DNA of 64,000 bases from Mycobacteriales bacterium (GTDB lineage: Bacteria; Actinomycetota; Actinomycetes; JAFAQI01): positions 11,812-75,811 of the forward strand of contig DASZPL010000139.1 in the NCBI GenBank assembly GCA_035550315.1, written 5' to 3'. The translations under genes and the position numbers were made by a program. Each line of letters opens with the position of its first letter. The stretch's first letter is position 1. The notes beneath the pieces are model-generated. The model was not told where the DNA came from, did no database searches, and worked only from the letters and a program-made list of their open reading frames with translations. This document shows, one piece after another, positions 9,019 to 19,191 of this stretch.

Positions 9019-10017
9019 ATGACCGCGATCCTCGACGCACCCAGCTGGTCCGGCCTGCCGGCCGACTGGCCGGACGAGGTACGCCGCCTGGCCACGGCAC
9101 GCAACGCAGTCCTGCTCGCGCACAACTACCAGCTGCCGGAGATCCAGGAGGTGGCCGACCACGTCGGCGACTCACTGGCGCTGTCGCGCCTGGCCGCCGC
9201 TACCGACGCCGACACAATCGTGTTCTGCGGCGTGCACTTCATGGCGGAGACGGCGAAGCTGCTCTCCCCCGACAAGACCGTGCTGATCCCGACCGCGGCC
9301 GCGGGCTGCTCGCTGGCCGACACCATCGACGCCGAGCAGCTGCGCGCCTGGAAGGCCGAGCACCCCGACGCCGTCGTCGTTGCGTATGTGAACACCACCG
9401 CGGCGGTGAAGGCGGAGACGGACGTCTGCTGCACCTCGTCCAACGCGGTCGACGTCGTCGCTTCGATCCCCGCCGAGCGCCCAGTGCTGTTCCTGCCGGA
9501 CCAGTTCCTCGGCGCCCACGTGAAGCGGGTGACCGGGCGCGACAACATCCACGTCTGGCTGGGCGAGTGCCACGTCCACGCCGGCATCTCGCCGACCGAC
9601 GTCCGCGAGCAGGTCGCGCAACATCCGGACGCCGAGCTGCTGATCCATCCCGAGTGCGGCTGCGCCACCTCGGCGTTATGGCTGACCGGCACCGGCGACC
9701 TCCCGGCCGACCGCACGCACGTGCTGTCGACCGGCGGCATGGCTGACCTCGCGCCGCGGCTGACCAGCCGCACGGCGCTGGTCGCGACCGAGGTCGGCAT
9801 GCTGCATCAGCTGCGCCGGCTCAACCAGCGCACCGAGTTCATCCCGATGAACCGGCAGGCGTCGTGTCGGTTCATGAAGATGATCACGCCGGAGTTGCTG
9901 CTCCGCTGCCTGCGTGAGGGACGCGACGAGGTCGAGATCCCCTCCGACATCGCAGCGCCCGCGCGACGCGCGGTCGAGCGGATGATCGCCATCGGCGCGA
10001 GCGGCGGCGGCGAGTGA
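9019..10017 (+). CDS. nadA: Quinolinate synthase
   Basis: 332 aa with LLAHNYQ, VHFMAET and other NadA-typical blocks. The stop overlaps the nadB start (GTGA). Confidence 0.95.
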   Translation: MTAILDAPSWSGLPADWPDEVRRLATARNAVLLAHNYQLPEIQEVADHVGDSLALSRLAAATDADTIVFCGVHFMAETAKLLSPDKTVLIPTAAAGCSLADTIDAEQLRAWKAEHPDAVVVAYVNTTAAVKAETDVCCTSSNAVDVVASIPAERPVLFLPDQFLGAHVKRVTGRDNIHVWLGECHVHAGISPTDVREQVAQHPDAELLIHPECGCATSALWLTGTGDLPADRTHVLSTGGMADLAPRLTSRTALVATEVGMLHQLRRLNQRTEFIPMNRQASCRFMKMITPELLLRCLREGRDEVEIPSDIAAPARRAVERMIAIGASGGGE

Positions 10018-11588
10018 CCCGGCGCACCGACTACGACGTCGTCGTCGTCGGGTCCGGCGTGGCAGGTCTGTCGGCGGCCTTGGGACTCGCCGGCCATCGC
10101 CGGGTCGCGGTCGTCACCGCCGGCGGGTTGACGAGCGGCAGCACGCCGTGGGCCCAGGGCGGGATCGCGGCCGCCGTCGGCGCCGACGACAATCCGCGCC
10201 AGCACGCCGCCGACACGATGACGGCCGGCGCCGGGATGTGCGACCCGGCCGCCGTCGGAGTGCTGACCGGCGACGCCCCCGCGCGGGTCGCAAACCTGAT
10301 CGCCGACGGCGCGCGGTTCGACCGAGCCGGCGACGGCACCCTCGCCCTGACCCGCGAGGGCGGGCACCACCGGCACCGGGTACTGCACGCCGGTGGCGAC
10401 GCCTCGGGCGCGGAGGTGAGCCGGGCGCTCACCGCGGCGCTGCGCGCGCGCGCGGTCGACGTACTCGAGCACACGGAGGCGCGCGACCTCACCACCGCGT
10501 TCAGTCCCGACGGCCGTCAGGTGACCGGCGTCGTCGTCCGCCGACTCGACCGGCCGGGCGCGGACATCATCAGCGCCCGTGCGGTCGTGCTCGCAACCGG
10601 CGGGATCGGCGGCGTCTACCGCACCAGCAGCAACCCGCCGGACGTAGCGGGCGACGGCCTGGCGATCGGGCTGCGCGCGGGCGCGGCGCTGGTGGATCTC
10701 GAGTTCGTGCAGTTCCATCCCACCGGGTTGCAGGTCGCCACACTTGGCCAGGTGCCACTGATCACCGAAGCGCTGCGCGGCGAAGGCGCCGTGCTGCGCG
10801 ACGCCGACGGCCGGCCGATCATGACCGGCCACCACCCGCTCGGCGACCTCGCACCGCGCGACGTGGTGGCGCGCCGCATCGATGCCGTGATCACCGAGAC
10901 CGGCAGCCAAGTCGGACTGGACGCGACCGGCTTTGGTGCGCAGCTGCGGCGTCGTTTCCCGACCGCCTATCGAAACTGTCGCCGTCACGGCATCGACCCG
11001 ACGACCGAGCCGATCCCGGTAATGCCGGTGCAGCACTTCCTGTGCGGCGGCATCCGCACCGACCAGTGGGGAGCCTCCGACGTCGTCGGTCTCTACGCCG
11101 TCGGCGAGGTCGCCGCCACTGGCGTCCACGGCGCCAACCGACTGGCCTCCAACAGCCTGCTCGAGGGACTGGTCTTCGGCGCGCGCGTCGCCGCCCGGCT
11201 GCGCGACGAGCTGCCCGCACCGCTGACCGGTACGCCGGTCGACCCGGTCGTCCCGGCCGTCCCCGAGCGGGCGATGGCGTCGATCCGCGCCACCATGAGC
11301 CGCTACGTCGGGGTGCGGCGGTCTGCCGCCGGGCTGGCGGCGGCTGCCACCGCCCTCGAGTCGCTGGCATGCCGGGATGAACCGGCGTCCGCGGCGGCGA
11401 CCAACCGTTGGACCGTAGCCGCTGCGATCGTCGCCGCGGCGGCCGCGCGGCAGGAGAGCCGCGGCTGCCACTGGCGGGCCGACCACCCAACGAGCAGCGA
11501 CGCCTGGCGGCATCGGATCGTGGTCCGCCTCGACGACACCGGCCGCCCCCTCGCCGTCGTCCCCGCGCCATTGGACCAGTCGGCGTGA
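10014..11588 (+). CDS. nadB: L-aspartate oxidase
   Basis: 524 aa. FAD fingerprint [16 protein letters not shown] and a succinate-dehydrogenase/fumarate-reductase flavoprotein-like core. Positioned between nadA and nadC with 4-nt overlaps. Confidence 0.95.
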   Translation: MTRRTDYDVVVVGSGVAGLSAALGLAGHRRVAVVTAGGLTSGSTPWAQGGIAAAVGADDNPRQHAADTMTAGAGMCDPAAVGVLTGDAPARVANLIADGARFDRAGDGTLALTREGGHHRHRVLHAGGDASGAEVSRALTAALRARAVDVLEHTEARDLTTAFSPDGRQVTGVVVRRLDRPGADIISARAVVLATGGIGGVYRTSSNPPDVAGDGLAIGLRAGAALVDLEFVQFHPTGLQVATLGQVPLITEALRGEGAVLRDADGRPIMTGHHPLGDLAPRDVVARRIDAVITETGSQVGLDATGFGAQLRRRFPTAYRNCRRHGIDPTTEPIPVMPVQHFLCGGIRTDQWGASDVVGLYAVGEVAATGVHGANRLASNSLLEGLVFGARVAARLRDELPAPLTGTPVDPVVPAVPERAMASIRATMSRYVGVRRSAAGLAAAATALESLACRDEPASAAATNRWTVAAAIVAAAAARQESRGCHWRADHPTSSDAWRHRIVVRLDDTGRPLAVVPAPLDQSA

Positions 11589-12517
11589 CACCGGTTGCCA
11601 CGACTGGGCACTATCCGCTGCGGTCCGAAACGCGGGCGCTGCTCAAGGTCGCCGGCCTCGATCCGGACGACGTGCTGCACGTCATCGAGCGGGCGGCGGT
11701 CGAGGATCTGGGCGCCATCGGCGACGTCACCTCCGCGGCCACCGTGTCGCCCGACGCGACGATGGCCGGCAGCTACGTCACGCGCCAGGCCGGAGTGGTC
11801 GCCGGCCTGCCGGTCCTGGTCGCCGTCTTCGAGCACTGCCTCGGCGACGACGCGACCGTCGAGTTGCTGAGCCGCGACGGCGAGCGGGTGCAACCCGGTC
11901 AGGCGATCGCGCGGGTCGAAGCGCCGGCTGTCGGCCTGCTCGCCACGGAACGGTTGTCGTTGAACCTGCTCGGTCATCTGTCCGGCATCGCCACGCTGAC
12001 CCGCGCCTGGGTCGACGCGATCGCCGGCACCGCGGCCCGCATTCGCGACACCCGCAAGACGACGCCCGGCCTGCGCGACCTGGAGAAGTACGCCGTGCGC
12101 TGCGGCGGCGGGGTGAACCACCGCCGCGGGCTCGACGACGGCGTCCTGATCAAGGACAACCACGTCGCGGCCGCCGGCGGCGTCGGCCAGGCTCTCGACC
12201 GGGTGCACCAGGCGTACCCCGCGACTGCGATGCCGGTGCAGGTGGAGGTGGAGGTCGACGACCTCGCGCAGCTCGAGGAGGCGCTCGCGCACGGCGCCCG
12301 CGAGGTGCTGCTCGACAACTTCGACGATGCCGCGTTGCGCACCGCGGTCACGCTGGTCCGGCAACGCCAGCCCGAGGTGGTGATCGAGGCCAGCGGCGGG
12401 TTGACCCTCGACCGCGCGGCGGCGGTTGCTCGCACCGGCGTCGACTACCTCGCCGTCGGCGCACTGACGCACTCCGCGCCGATCCTCGACATCGGCCTCG
12501 ACACCGAGACCGGCTGA
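11585..12517 (+). CDS. nadC: Nicotinate-nucleotide (quinolinate) phosphoribosyltransferase
   Basis: RKTTPGLR...EKYAVRCGGGVNHRRGLDDGVLIKDNH signature. Start trimmed to GTG 11585, which overlaps the nadB stop (GTGA). The upstream part of ORF 11408.. lies inside nadB. Confidence 0.9.
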   Translation: MTPVATTGHYPLRSETRALLKVAGLDPDDVLHVIERAAVEDLGAIGDVTSAATVSPDATMAGSYVTRQAGVVAGLPVLVAVFEHCLGDDATVELLSRDGERVQPGQAIARVEAPAVGLLATERLSLNLLGHLSGIATLTRAWVDAIAGTAARIRDTRKTTPGLRDLEKYAVRCGGGVNHRRGLDDGVLIKDNHVAAAGGVGQALDRVHQAYPATAMPVQVEVEVDDLAQLEEALAHGAREVLLDNFDDAALRTAVTLVRQRQPEVVIEASGGLTLDRAAAVARTGVDYLAVGALTHSAPILDIGLDTETG

Positions 12518-12521
12518 GCGG

Positions 12522-13004
12522 TCAGATCTCGATCGCGCAGGACTGGTCGACGCCGAGCACGGCCAGCGTCCGGCCAAGCCCGAGGAACACCGCGACGCAC
12601 AACGTGAGATCGAGGACCTCCGGGTCGGAGAACGCCGCCTGCAGCCGTGCGAAGAAGGCGTCGTCGATCGAGCCGTGGTCGGTCGCGAACCGTTCGGCGT
12701 ACTCGATCGCCAATCGCTGCCGCTCGCTGTAGTGCGGGTAGGTCGCGTAGTCGGCCACGTGGTCGTAGAGCTCGGCCGCGACGCCCGCCTCCTGCACCGA
12801 GGGGGCGCGGAAGTCGGCGCAGGCGACGCAGTCGTTGATCTGCGCGATCCGCATCCGCGCCAGCTCGCGTTCCTCCGGCGGCAGCACGCTCTGCTGGTAG
12901 GCGCCGTGAATCATCCGCTCGACCATCGCGCCGAGTTGCGGTCGCAACGTCCAGATCATCGCCGCTTCCCCGCCCGGGCCGTCGGGGATGTCGAGCCGCG
13001 CCAC
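12522..13004 (-). CDS. Carboxymuconolactone decarboxylase (CMD/AhpD-like) family protein
   Basis: 160 aa. AhpD-fold-like INDCVACADF motif and helical composition. GTG start. Confidence 0.7.
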   Translation of the reverse strand: MARLDIPDGPGGEAAMIWTLRPQLGAMVERMIHGAYQQSVLPPEERELARMRIAQINDCVACADFRAPSVQEAGVAAELYDHVADYATYPHYSERQRLAIEYAERFATDHGSIDDAFFARLQAAFSDPEVLDLTLCVAVFLGLGRTLAVLGVDQSCAIEI

Positions 13005-13021
13005 GGATCGAGCCTAGGCGG

Positions 13022-13957
13022 TTACGCCCGGACCCGCTGGATGACCTGCTCGCCGTACGCCGCGAGCGCATCGGCGTTGGCGGCGGCATGCGCGGCGTAC
13101 GCCGACACCCCGATCCAGGTCACGCCGGCGGCGGTCACCTGGCCGATCCAGTCGAGCTCGGCCTCGGCGTTGAACCGGTTCCCCTCTCGGTCGACGATCG
13201 GCGACCGGTTGCCGGCCGCGAGACAGACATCGATCGTCGCGGGGTCGCGGCCCGCCCGCTCCAACCGGTCGTGCAGGTCCGCGATCGCGCTGGTCAGCGC
13301 CGGCAGGTCCGAGATCTGCGGGGTGCGCGAGGTCTTCGACAGCTCGGCCGACGCCATCAACGGCGCCCACCCGATGCCGTGGCGGACGACGCGCTCCCGC
13401 GCGGTTGTGCTGTTGCCGCCGATCCACAGCGGCGCGCGCGGCTGGATCGGGCCAGGCCGGAACGCCTGCTCGCGCGCGGTGAACCCGCGGCCGTCGTACT
13501 GCACGGACTCCGGCTCTGCCCAGGCGCGGTTCAACACCTCCAGCGCCTCGTCGAACCGCGCGTTGCGCTCCTCGAAGTCCACGCCCAGCGCCGCGAACTC
13601 CGAGCGCAGGTAACCGGTGCCGCAGGTGAGGGTGAGCCGGCCGCGCGAGAGCACGTCCACGCTGACCGCCGCGCGCGCCGTCAGCAGCGGGTTGCGATAA
13701 GGCAGTACGGCGAGGAACGCCAGCAGCCGCAGCCGCGAGGTCAGCGCCGCGCAGTAGGACAGCGCGACGTACGGGTCGAATGACGCGTGACCGCCGTTCT
13801 CCAGCCACTTTCGGGAGGGCGCCGGATGCTCGGTGAAGGCGATGGCGTCAAAACCGGCCGCCTCGACGGTGCCGGCCCACGCCGCGATGTCGGCCGCCAT
13901 CGCGTCCGGCGCGACCGGCTGGTCGGCCGGCATTGGGTACTGCACGCTGAACCGCAT
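13022..13957 (-). CDS. Luciferase-like (LLM class) flavin/F420-dependent oxidoreductase
   Basis: Real gene is the 3' 311 codons of ORF 13022..14728, from ATG 13957 (MRFSVQYPMP...). LLM-type blocks AFTEHP, LPYRNPLL, GRLTLTCGTGYLRSEF. The upstream part of the ORF is Arg/Gly-rich artefact overlapping the next gene. Confidence 0.8.
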   Translation of the reverse strand: MRFSVQYPMPADQPVAPDAMAADIAAWAGTVEAAGFDAIAFTEHPAPSRKWLENGGHASFDPYVALSYCAALTSRLRLLAFLAVLPYRNPLLTARAAVSVDVLSRGRLTLTCGTGYLRSEFAALGVDFEERNARFDEALEVLNRAWAEPESVQYDGRGFTAREQAFRPGPIQPRAPLWIGGNSTTARERVVRHGIGWAPLMASAELSKTSRTPQISDLPALTSAIADLHDRLERAGRDPATIDVCLAAGNRSPIVDREGNRFNAEAELDWIGQVTAAGVTWIGVSAYAAHAAANADALAAYGEQVIQRVRA

Positions 13958-13998
13958 CCGCCCGGCTCCCTCCCCGAGGCATGGTACGGAGCCAGCGG

Positions 13999-14979
13999 TC
14001 AGGCAGCGAGCGCGGCGGGCGACACGCCGAGCTCGCGACTCACATCCTCGAAGAACTTCGCGTTGATCGCGGCCCGCCAGACGACGCCACGCACGATCCG
14101 CTCGCCCCACTCCGGATGCGCGCGCACCGTCGGGGTAATCGCCTTCTCCAGCCAGTCCTTGCCGTGGCGCGGGTCGACCTCGGCATGCACGGCGTAGAAC
14201 GGGTACGCCGCGGCCGGCCCGTCGCAGCGCTCGAGGGCCTGCAGCACCATCCGGCTGCGCGGCCCCGCCTGCAGCTCGATCAGCCCGAGGGCGCCCAGCA
14301 TCTCCGGTTGCAACCATCGGTTCGTGGCCAGCAGGCCGCCGAACGCGGTGCGAGCCAACGCAGACACCGGCAACTCGGCGTCCGCAATGCGTGGCAGGTC
14401 GATCGCCTCCACCAGCTGGTCGTGCAAAACGGTGTGGATGCCGGAGAGATCGCCGTTGCCCATCTCGTCCCAGTAGTTGGTGGCGAGCTCGAGCTTCGCC
14501 GAGCCGGCCAACCCGACCTGGCAGATCGCGACCAGGTCGTCGAAGTCGGCGTCCGGGCCGCCTTCGAGCGCGAGGAAGCGGACCACGTCGTCCCAGTCGG
14601 CGCGTCGGGCCAGCCACTTGTAGATCGGTGGCAGCCGGTCGCTGGCGGCCAGTCGGCGCATCGCTTCGACTGGATCGTCGACCGGTACGCCGTCGAGCGA
14701 CGTCACACTCTCTAGCTCGGCCAGCCATGCCGCCTCGCAGCGCTGCTTCAGCGCGGCGACGGCGGGATGATGCTGCCAGCGGGCGGCGTCGCCGACCCGC
14801 TCGAGCGGCCCATAGTGCAGGTCGTAGATCGCCTGCAGCGTGACCAGCCGGTCTCGCTCGTCCACGGGCGCAACGTCACGTAGTTGGTCCAGCTGCGCGG
14901 CATCGCCGCACCGAAGCGCCTGCGCTAATCGATCCGAGAGGCGCTGCGCCGCCGCGATGTAGGTCATGCGATCCGGCAT
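13999..14979 (-). CDS. Iron-containing redox enzyme family protein (heme-oxygenase-like di-iron fold)
   Basis: 326 aa, all-helical. Carboxylate/His ligand-like pairs (NYWDEMGNG...GIHTVLHDQL and FYAVHAEVDPRHGKDW) as in the Haem_oxygenase_2/CADD-like family. Confidence 0.65.
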   Translation of the reverse strand: MPDRMTYIAAAQRLSDRLAQALRCGDAAQLDQLRDVAPVDERDRLVTLQAIYDLHYGPLERVGDAARWQHHPAVAALKQRCEAAWLAELESVTSLDGVPVDDPVEAMRRLAASDRLPPIYKWLARRADWDDVVRFLALEGGPDADFDDLVAICQVGLAGSAKLELATNYWDEMGNGDLSGIHTVLHDQLVEAIDLPRIADAELPVSALARTAFGGLLATNRWLQPEMLGALGLIELQAGPRSRMVLQALERCDGPAAAYPFYAVHAEVDPRHGKDWLEKAITPTVRAHPEWGERIVRGVVWRAAINAKFFEDVSRELGVSPAALAA

Positions 14980-15149
14980 GCCCGGCGCAGGCCAGCACCA
15001 TGCGACATATCGGCGGCCGCCTTAGTGCTTAGCCGATGCGATGCGCCGGACCGGGCTGGCGAGCGGCACAAAGATAGGCATTCCACCCGATGTCACGACC
15101 CTCCTTAGACGCGCAGGCTGAACGCCGTCAAACCGGACAAGGAGGCGTC

Positions 15150-15353
15150 ATGGGTCCAGTGAGCAACTACCCATTCCTGCTGGCCGAGGTGAGCTACCGG
15201 CAGCAGCAGCTGACCGCCTCGTACCCCCGCGGCCGGCACCCCCGCCGCTACTGGCGCGACACCATCCGCGGCTTCGGCCGCCGGTTCGGCCGGCGCCGTC
15301 CCGCGGTGACCGGCGCGCCGCATCACCGCGCGGCGGCGCGGGCGGCGCGATAA
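15150..15353 (+). CDS. Small basic hypothetical protein (67 aa)
   Basis: Internal ATG of ORF 15090..15353, preceded by a near-consensus SD (AAGGAGG, 4-nt spacer). Sequence MGPVSNYPFLLAEVSYRQQQL... followed by an Arg-rich tail. No family recognised. Confidence 0.45.
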   Translation: MGPVSNYPFLLAEVSYRQQQLTASYPRGRHPRRYWRDTIRGFGRRFGRRRPAVTGAPHHRAAARAAR

Positions 15354-15391
15354 CCGCTGTCAATGTCGTCGAGGGCCGACATGATGGGGGC

Positions 15392-18343
15392 ATGGCGAGC
15401 GCGGCGGCAACGGGCCCGCTGGTCGGGCGCGGCGAGGAGCTGCGCCGGCTGAGCGAGCTGATCGGCCTCGCCGATAAGGCGGCCAATCGGGCCGACCGGT
15501 CGGGCGGCTTGGTGCTGCTCGGCGGCGACGCCGGCGCCGGCAAGAGCCGGCTGCTGACCGAGCTCGCCGGAGCCGCGACGGCCGCCGGATGGCGGGTGTT
15601 GACCGGCCACTGCCTGGACTTCGGCGACGGGTCGCCACCGTACTTGCCGTTCACCGAGGCGCTCGGCCGGCTGGCTGCGGACGAACCCGAGCTGGCCACG
15701 TCGCTGGTGACCGCGAGCCCGGCACTGGCCCGGCTGATGCCGGCACAACGGCTGCTCGGCGAGCAGCGCACTGACCAGCAACCCGCCGACCGCGCCGCGG
15801 TGCTCGACGCCGTGCTGGACGCACTGCAGCGGCTCGCCGCCAGCGCGCCACTGTTGCTGGTCCTGGAAGACCTGCACTGGTCCGACCAGTCGACCCGCGA
15901 CCTGCTGCGGTTCCTGTTCACCCGCGACATCGACGAGCCGGTGAGCATCCTGGCGTCGTACCGCAGCGACGACCTGCATCGGGGTCACCCGCTGCGCGCC
16001 GCGCTCGCCGAGTGGGTCCGGCTGCCGGCAGTGACCCGCATGCAGCTCGGGCCGCTGCCGGACGGCGACGCCCGGCAGCTGGTCAGCCTGCTCAGCGCGG
16101 GCGCGGCCACCGATGTCCGCCGGATCCTGGCGCGGGCCGAAGGCAACCCGTTCTTCATCGAAGAACTGGTGGCGGCAGCGGCCGCGGGTGGCGGCGCGCT
16201 GCCGGCCGATCTCGCGGACCTGCTGCTGGTGCGGCTCGAGCGGCTCGACGACGCGGCCCGGCTGACCGTACGAGCGGCCGCCGTTGCCGGACGCCGGGTG
16301 TCGCACGACCTGCTCGCGCGCGGCACCCAGCTCGACGACGTCGAGCTGGAGGTGGCGCTGCGCGCGGCGACCGAGGCAAACGTCCTGGTCTCACCCGACG
16401 GCGCGGGCTACGCCTTCCGGCACGCGCTGCTCGCCGAGGCGGTGTATCAGGACCTGCTGCCGGGCGAACGCGTCCGGCTGCACGCCGCCTTCGCCGCGGC
16501 CATCGCCAGCCGCGAGGTGGCGGGCTCGGCCGCCGAGCTGGCGCGGCACGCCCGCGCCTCGCACGACCTGGTGACGTCGGCGAGGGCGAGCGTCCGCGCT
16601 GGCGACGAGGCGATGTCGGTCGGCGGGCCGGAAGAGGCGATCCGGCATTACGAGCTGGCACTCGAGCTGTGCAACGACGCCGACGTCGCCGCCGCCTTGG
16701 CCGCCGACAGCGACGGTGACGGGCCGCTCACCCGGGTCACCCTCACGCTTCGCGCCGCCGCGGCCGCGACCGCAGCCGGCCACCTGTTCCGCGCGCTCGG
16801 GCTCGCGCAGGAGGAGCTCGCCAGCCTGTCCCCGACGGCGCCGGTCACCGATCGGGTGCGGCTGCTGAACTCCGTCGCCATGACCGCCCTCGTCGTCGAC
16901 ACCAAGGTCGACGTGCTGGCGGTCACCACCGAGGCGCGACGGCTGATGGCGGATGCGCCGCCAAGCCCGCTGCACGCCGAAACCCTCCACCTCTACGCCC
17001 GTGCCAACTCGGCGCGGGCGCGTGACGACGAGGCGGCGCGCAGCGCCGCGGACGCCCTGCGGATGGCCCGTGACCTGGGCCTGACGGCACGCGCCGCCGA
17101 GGTCACCATCCTGCTGGCGCGGCTCGACGAGCGGGCCGGTGACTCGACCGCAGCGCATCACTCGTTGATAGCCGCGATCGCCGAGGCGCGCGCCGGCCAC
17201 GAACCGATGGCCGAGCTGCGCGGCATCTACAACCTCGGCGGGCTGCACTTCGGGCAGGGGCGGCTGACAGAGGCGCTCGACCTCTACCAAGAGGCCGCCG
17301 CGCTCGCAGCCACCATCGGCCGGCAGTGGGCGCCGTACGGTCTCGACGCGACCGTGATGTCCGCGATCGTGATGAGCATCGCCGGCGACTGGAAGGGCGC
17401 CGAGGCGCTGCTCGACGTCGCCAACCCGCCGGAACAGGCCGCGATGATGCTCGCCGCCCTGCGCATGGAGATCGCGGCCGGCCGCGGCGACACGGAGGCG
17501 CTGTCGCTGCTGCCATCGGTGCGGACCTGGTGGGAGCGCGACGGTTTGATCGCGATCACCAGCGCGGCCGCGGCGATCGAGCTGCACGGTCACCGCGGCG
17601 ATGTCGAGCAAGCCCGCGCGGTCCACGACGACGTCGTCAGCTGCGTCGGCGCGATGTGGAAGGGCGACGAGTTCAGCGCGCGGATCCGGCTGGCCGCGCT
17701 GCTGCTCGGCCAGCTCGCCAGCCGAGCGGTCGCCGGCAGCGGCAGCGAACGCGCCACGCTGCTCCCGCTCGGCGAGACGCTCGCCACCAGCGCCGAGCAG
17801 GTCGCCGAGCACAGCCGGCACCTCGGCCCCGAAGGTGAGGCTTGGCGGGTCCGGGCGGCAGCCGAGGTGGCCCGGCTGCGCTGGCTCAGCGGCGAGGCGG
17901 ATGTCGACGAGCTGGTCGCGGCCTGGCGCGACGCGGTCGCCGGGTTCGAGCGGTTCGGCCACGTCTACGAGACCGCCCGCTCACGCACGCGGCTCGGCGC
18001 CATCCTGCTGGCGGGCGGCCAGCCGGACGCCGCCGCCGAGCAACTCGAGCTGGCGTCGACCACCGCCCGGGCGCTCGGCGCGCGGCCGCTGCTCGACGAG
18101 CTGACCCGGCTGCGGGCCACTCGCCCGCCGGCCGCAGCGGAGCACCCCACCGCACTGACCGCCCGCGAGCGGGAGGTGCTCGACCTCGTCGCCACCGGCC
18201 GCAGCAACCGCGACATCGCTCAGCAGCTGTTCATCAGCGCCAAGACCGTGAGCGTGCACGTCTCCAACGTGCTCGCCAAGCTCGACGCGGCCAGCCGCAC
18301 CGAAGCCGTCGCCATCGCCCGCGCCCGCGGCCTGCTCGACTGA
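15392..18343 (+). CDS. Large ATP-binding LuxR-family (LAL/MalT-like) transcriptional regulator
   Basis: 983 aa. N-terminal P-loop LLGGDAGAGKSRLL, long Ala/Leu-rich TPR-like middle, C-terminal LuxR HTH (LTAREREVLDLVATGRSNRDIAQQLFISAKTVSVHVSNVLAKL). Confidence 0.9.
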   Translation: MASAAATGPLVGRGEELRRLSELIGLADKAANRADRSGGLVLLGGDAGAGKSRLLTELAGAATAAGWRVLTGHCLDFGDGSPPYLPFTEALGRLAADEPELATSLVTASPALARLMPAQRLLGEQRTDQQPADRAAVLDAVLDALQRLAASAPLLLVLEDLHWSDQSTRDLLRFLFTRDIDEPVSILASYRSDDLHRGHPLRAALAEWVRLPAVTRMQLGPLPDGDARQLVSLLSAGAATDVRRILARAEGNPFFIEELVAAAAAGGGALPADLADLLLVRLERLDDAARLTVRAAAVAGRRVSHDLLARGTQLDDVELEVALRAATEANVLVSPDGAGYAFRHALLAEAVYQDLLPGERVRLHAAFAAAIASREVAGSAAELARHARASHDLVTSARASVRAGDEAMSVGGPEEAIRHYELALELCNDADVAAALAADSDGDGPLTRVTLTLRAAAAATAAGHLFRALGLAQEELASLSPTAPVTDRVRLLNSVAMTALVVDTKVDVLAVTTEARRLMADAPPSPLHAETLHLYARANSARARDDEAARSAADALRMARDLGLTARAAEVTILLARLDERAGDSTAAHHSLIAAIAEARAGHEPMAELRGIYNLGGLHFGQGRLTEALDLYQEAAALAATIGRQWAPYGLDATVMSAIVMSIAGDWKGAEALLDVANPPEQAAMMLAALRMEIAAGRGDTEALSLLPSVRTWWERDGLIAITSAAAAIELHGHRGDVEQARAVHDDVVSCVGAMWKGDEFSARIRLAALLLGQLASRAVAGSGSERATLLPLGETLATSAEQVAEHSRHLGPEGEAWRVRAAAEVARLRWLSGEADVDELVAAWRDAVAGFERFGHVYETARSRTRLGAILLAGGQPDAAAEQLELASTTARALGARPLLDELTRLRATRPPAAAEHPTALTAREREVLDLVATGRSNRDIAQQLFISAKTVSVHVSNVLAKLDAASRTEAVAIARARGLLD

Positions 18344-18352
18344 CGGCACGCG

Positions 18353-19144
18353 TCAGCGGTGGGCGACGAGGATGGTCGCGTCCGTGTCGGCGACGCGCGC
18401 CAGCCGCGGCTGCAGCCCGATATCGCTAGCCAACCGCGCCGCCGTTGCCGCCTGGTCGGCGCCGACCTCGCTCAGCAGCAGACCGCGGGGCGACAGCCAC
18501 TCCGGCGCCGCCGCCATCACCCGGCGTAACACGTCCAGGCCATCCGCTCCCCCGTCCAGCGAGTGGAGCGGTTCGTGCAGCCGCGCCTCGGCCGGCAACA
18601 GCCGGATCTGCTCGGTCGGCACGTACGGGACGTTGGCTAGTACGACGTCGACCCGGCCGCGCAGCTGCTCGGGCAGCGCCGCGAACAGGTCGCCTTGATA
18701 GACCCGGCCACCGACCTCCGCCAGGTTCACTCGCGCGCACCCGACCGCCGCGGCATCGAGGTCGGCCGCGTGCAGCTCGATGCCGCGCAGCGACGACGCC
18801 ACGACCAGCCCGAGCGCGCCCGACCCGCAGCACAGGTCGACGACGACGTCGACTGCTTCGGCTGGCTGCCGGCGCTCCCGGATGATCCGGATCGCCTCGC
18901 GAACCAGAGCCTCGGTCCGGCGGCGCGGCACGAACACGCCGGCGGAGACCCGGATCCGGCGGCCGCAGAACTCCGCCCACCCCAGCACCTGCTCGAGCGG
19001 CGCACCGGCGGCACGTCGCGCCACCATCGCGTCGAGTTCGGCCGGCGACGCTGCGGCCTCGACCAGCAGCCGCGCTTCGTCCTCGGCGTACACGCAGCCC
19101 GCCGCCCGCAGCCGCGCGACAACCGCCGAGTCCACACTGCACAC
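18353..19144 (-). CDS. PrmC/PrmB-related putative protein N5-glutamine methyltransferase (unknown substrate)
   Basis: SAM motif VVDLCCGSGALGLV. The substrate motif is NVPYVP rather than the NPPY of PrmC/PrmB, which is the hallmark I recall for the actinobacterial PrmC-related family. GTG start. Confidence 0.75.
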   Translation of the reverse strand: MCSVDSAVVARLRAAGCVYAEDEARLLVEAAASPAELDAMVARRAAGAPLEQVLGWAEFCGRRIRVSAGVFVPRRRTEALVREAIRIIRERRQPAEAVDVVVDLCCGSGALGLVVASSLRGIELHAADLDAAAVGCARVNLAEVGGRVYQGDLFAALPEQLRGRVDVVLANVPYVPTEQIRLLPAEARLHEPLHSLDGGADGLDVLRRVMAAAPEWLSPRGLLLSEVGADQAATAARLASDIGLQPRLARVADTDATILVAHR

Positions 19145-19191
19145 TCTGGCAGGGCGGCCGCGCCGTGCGACCGCCCGCGGAGGTGGCTCGG

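Noticed and set aside
13958-14728. N-terminal extensions of track ORFs. Examples: 13022..14728, 22222..22875, 25186..26061, 29860..31572, 31762..32982, 36475..36999, 36855..37430, 44984..46558, 46537..47844, 50076..51017
   Set aside because: The extensions overlap the neighbouring genuine gene and are compositionally abnormal. Internal ATG/GTG starts give normal-length proteins, SD sequences and/or canonical 4-nt start/stop overlaps.
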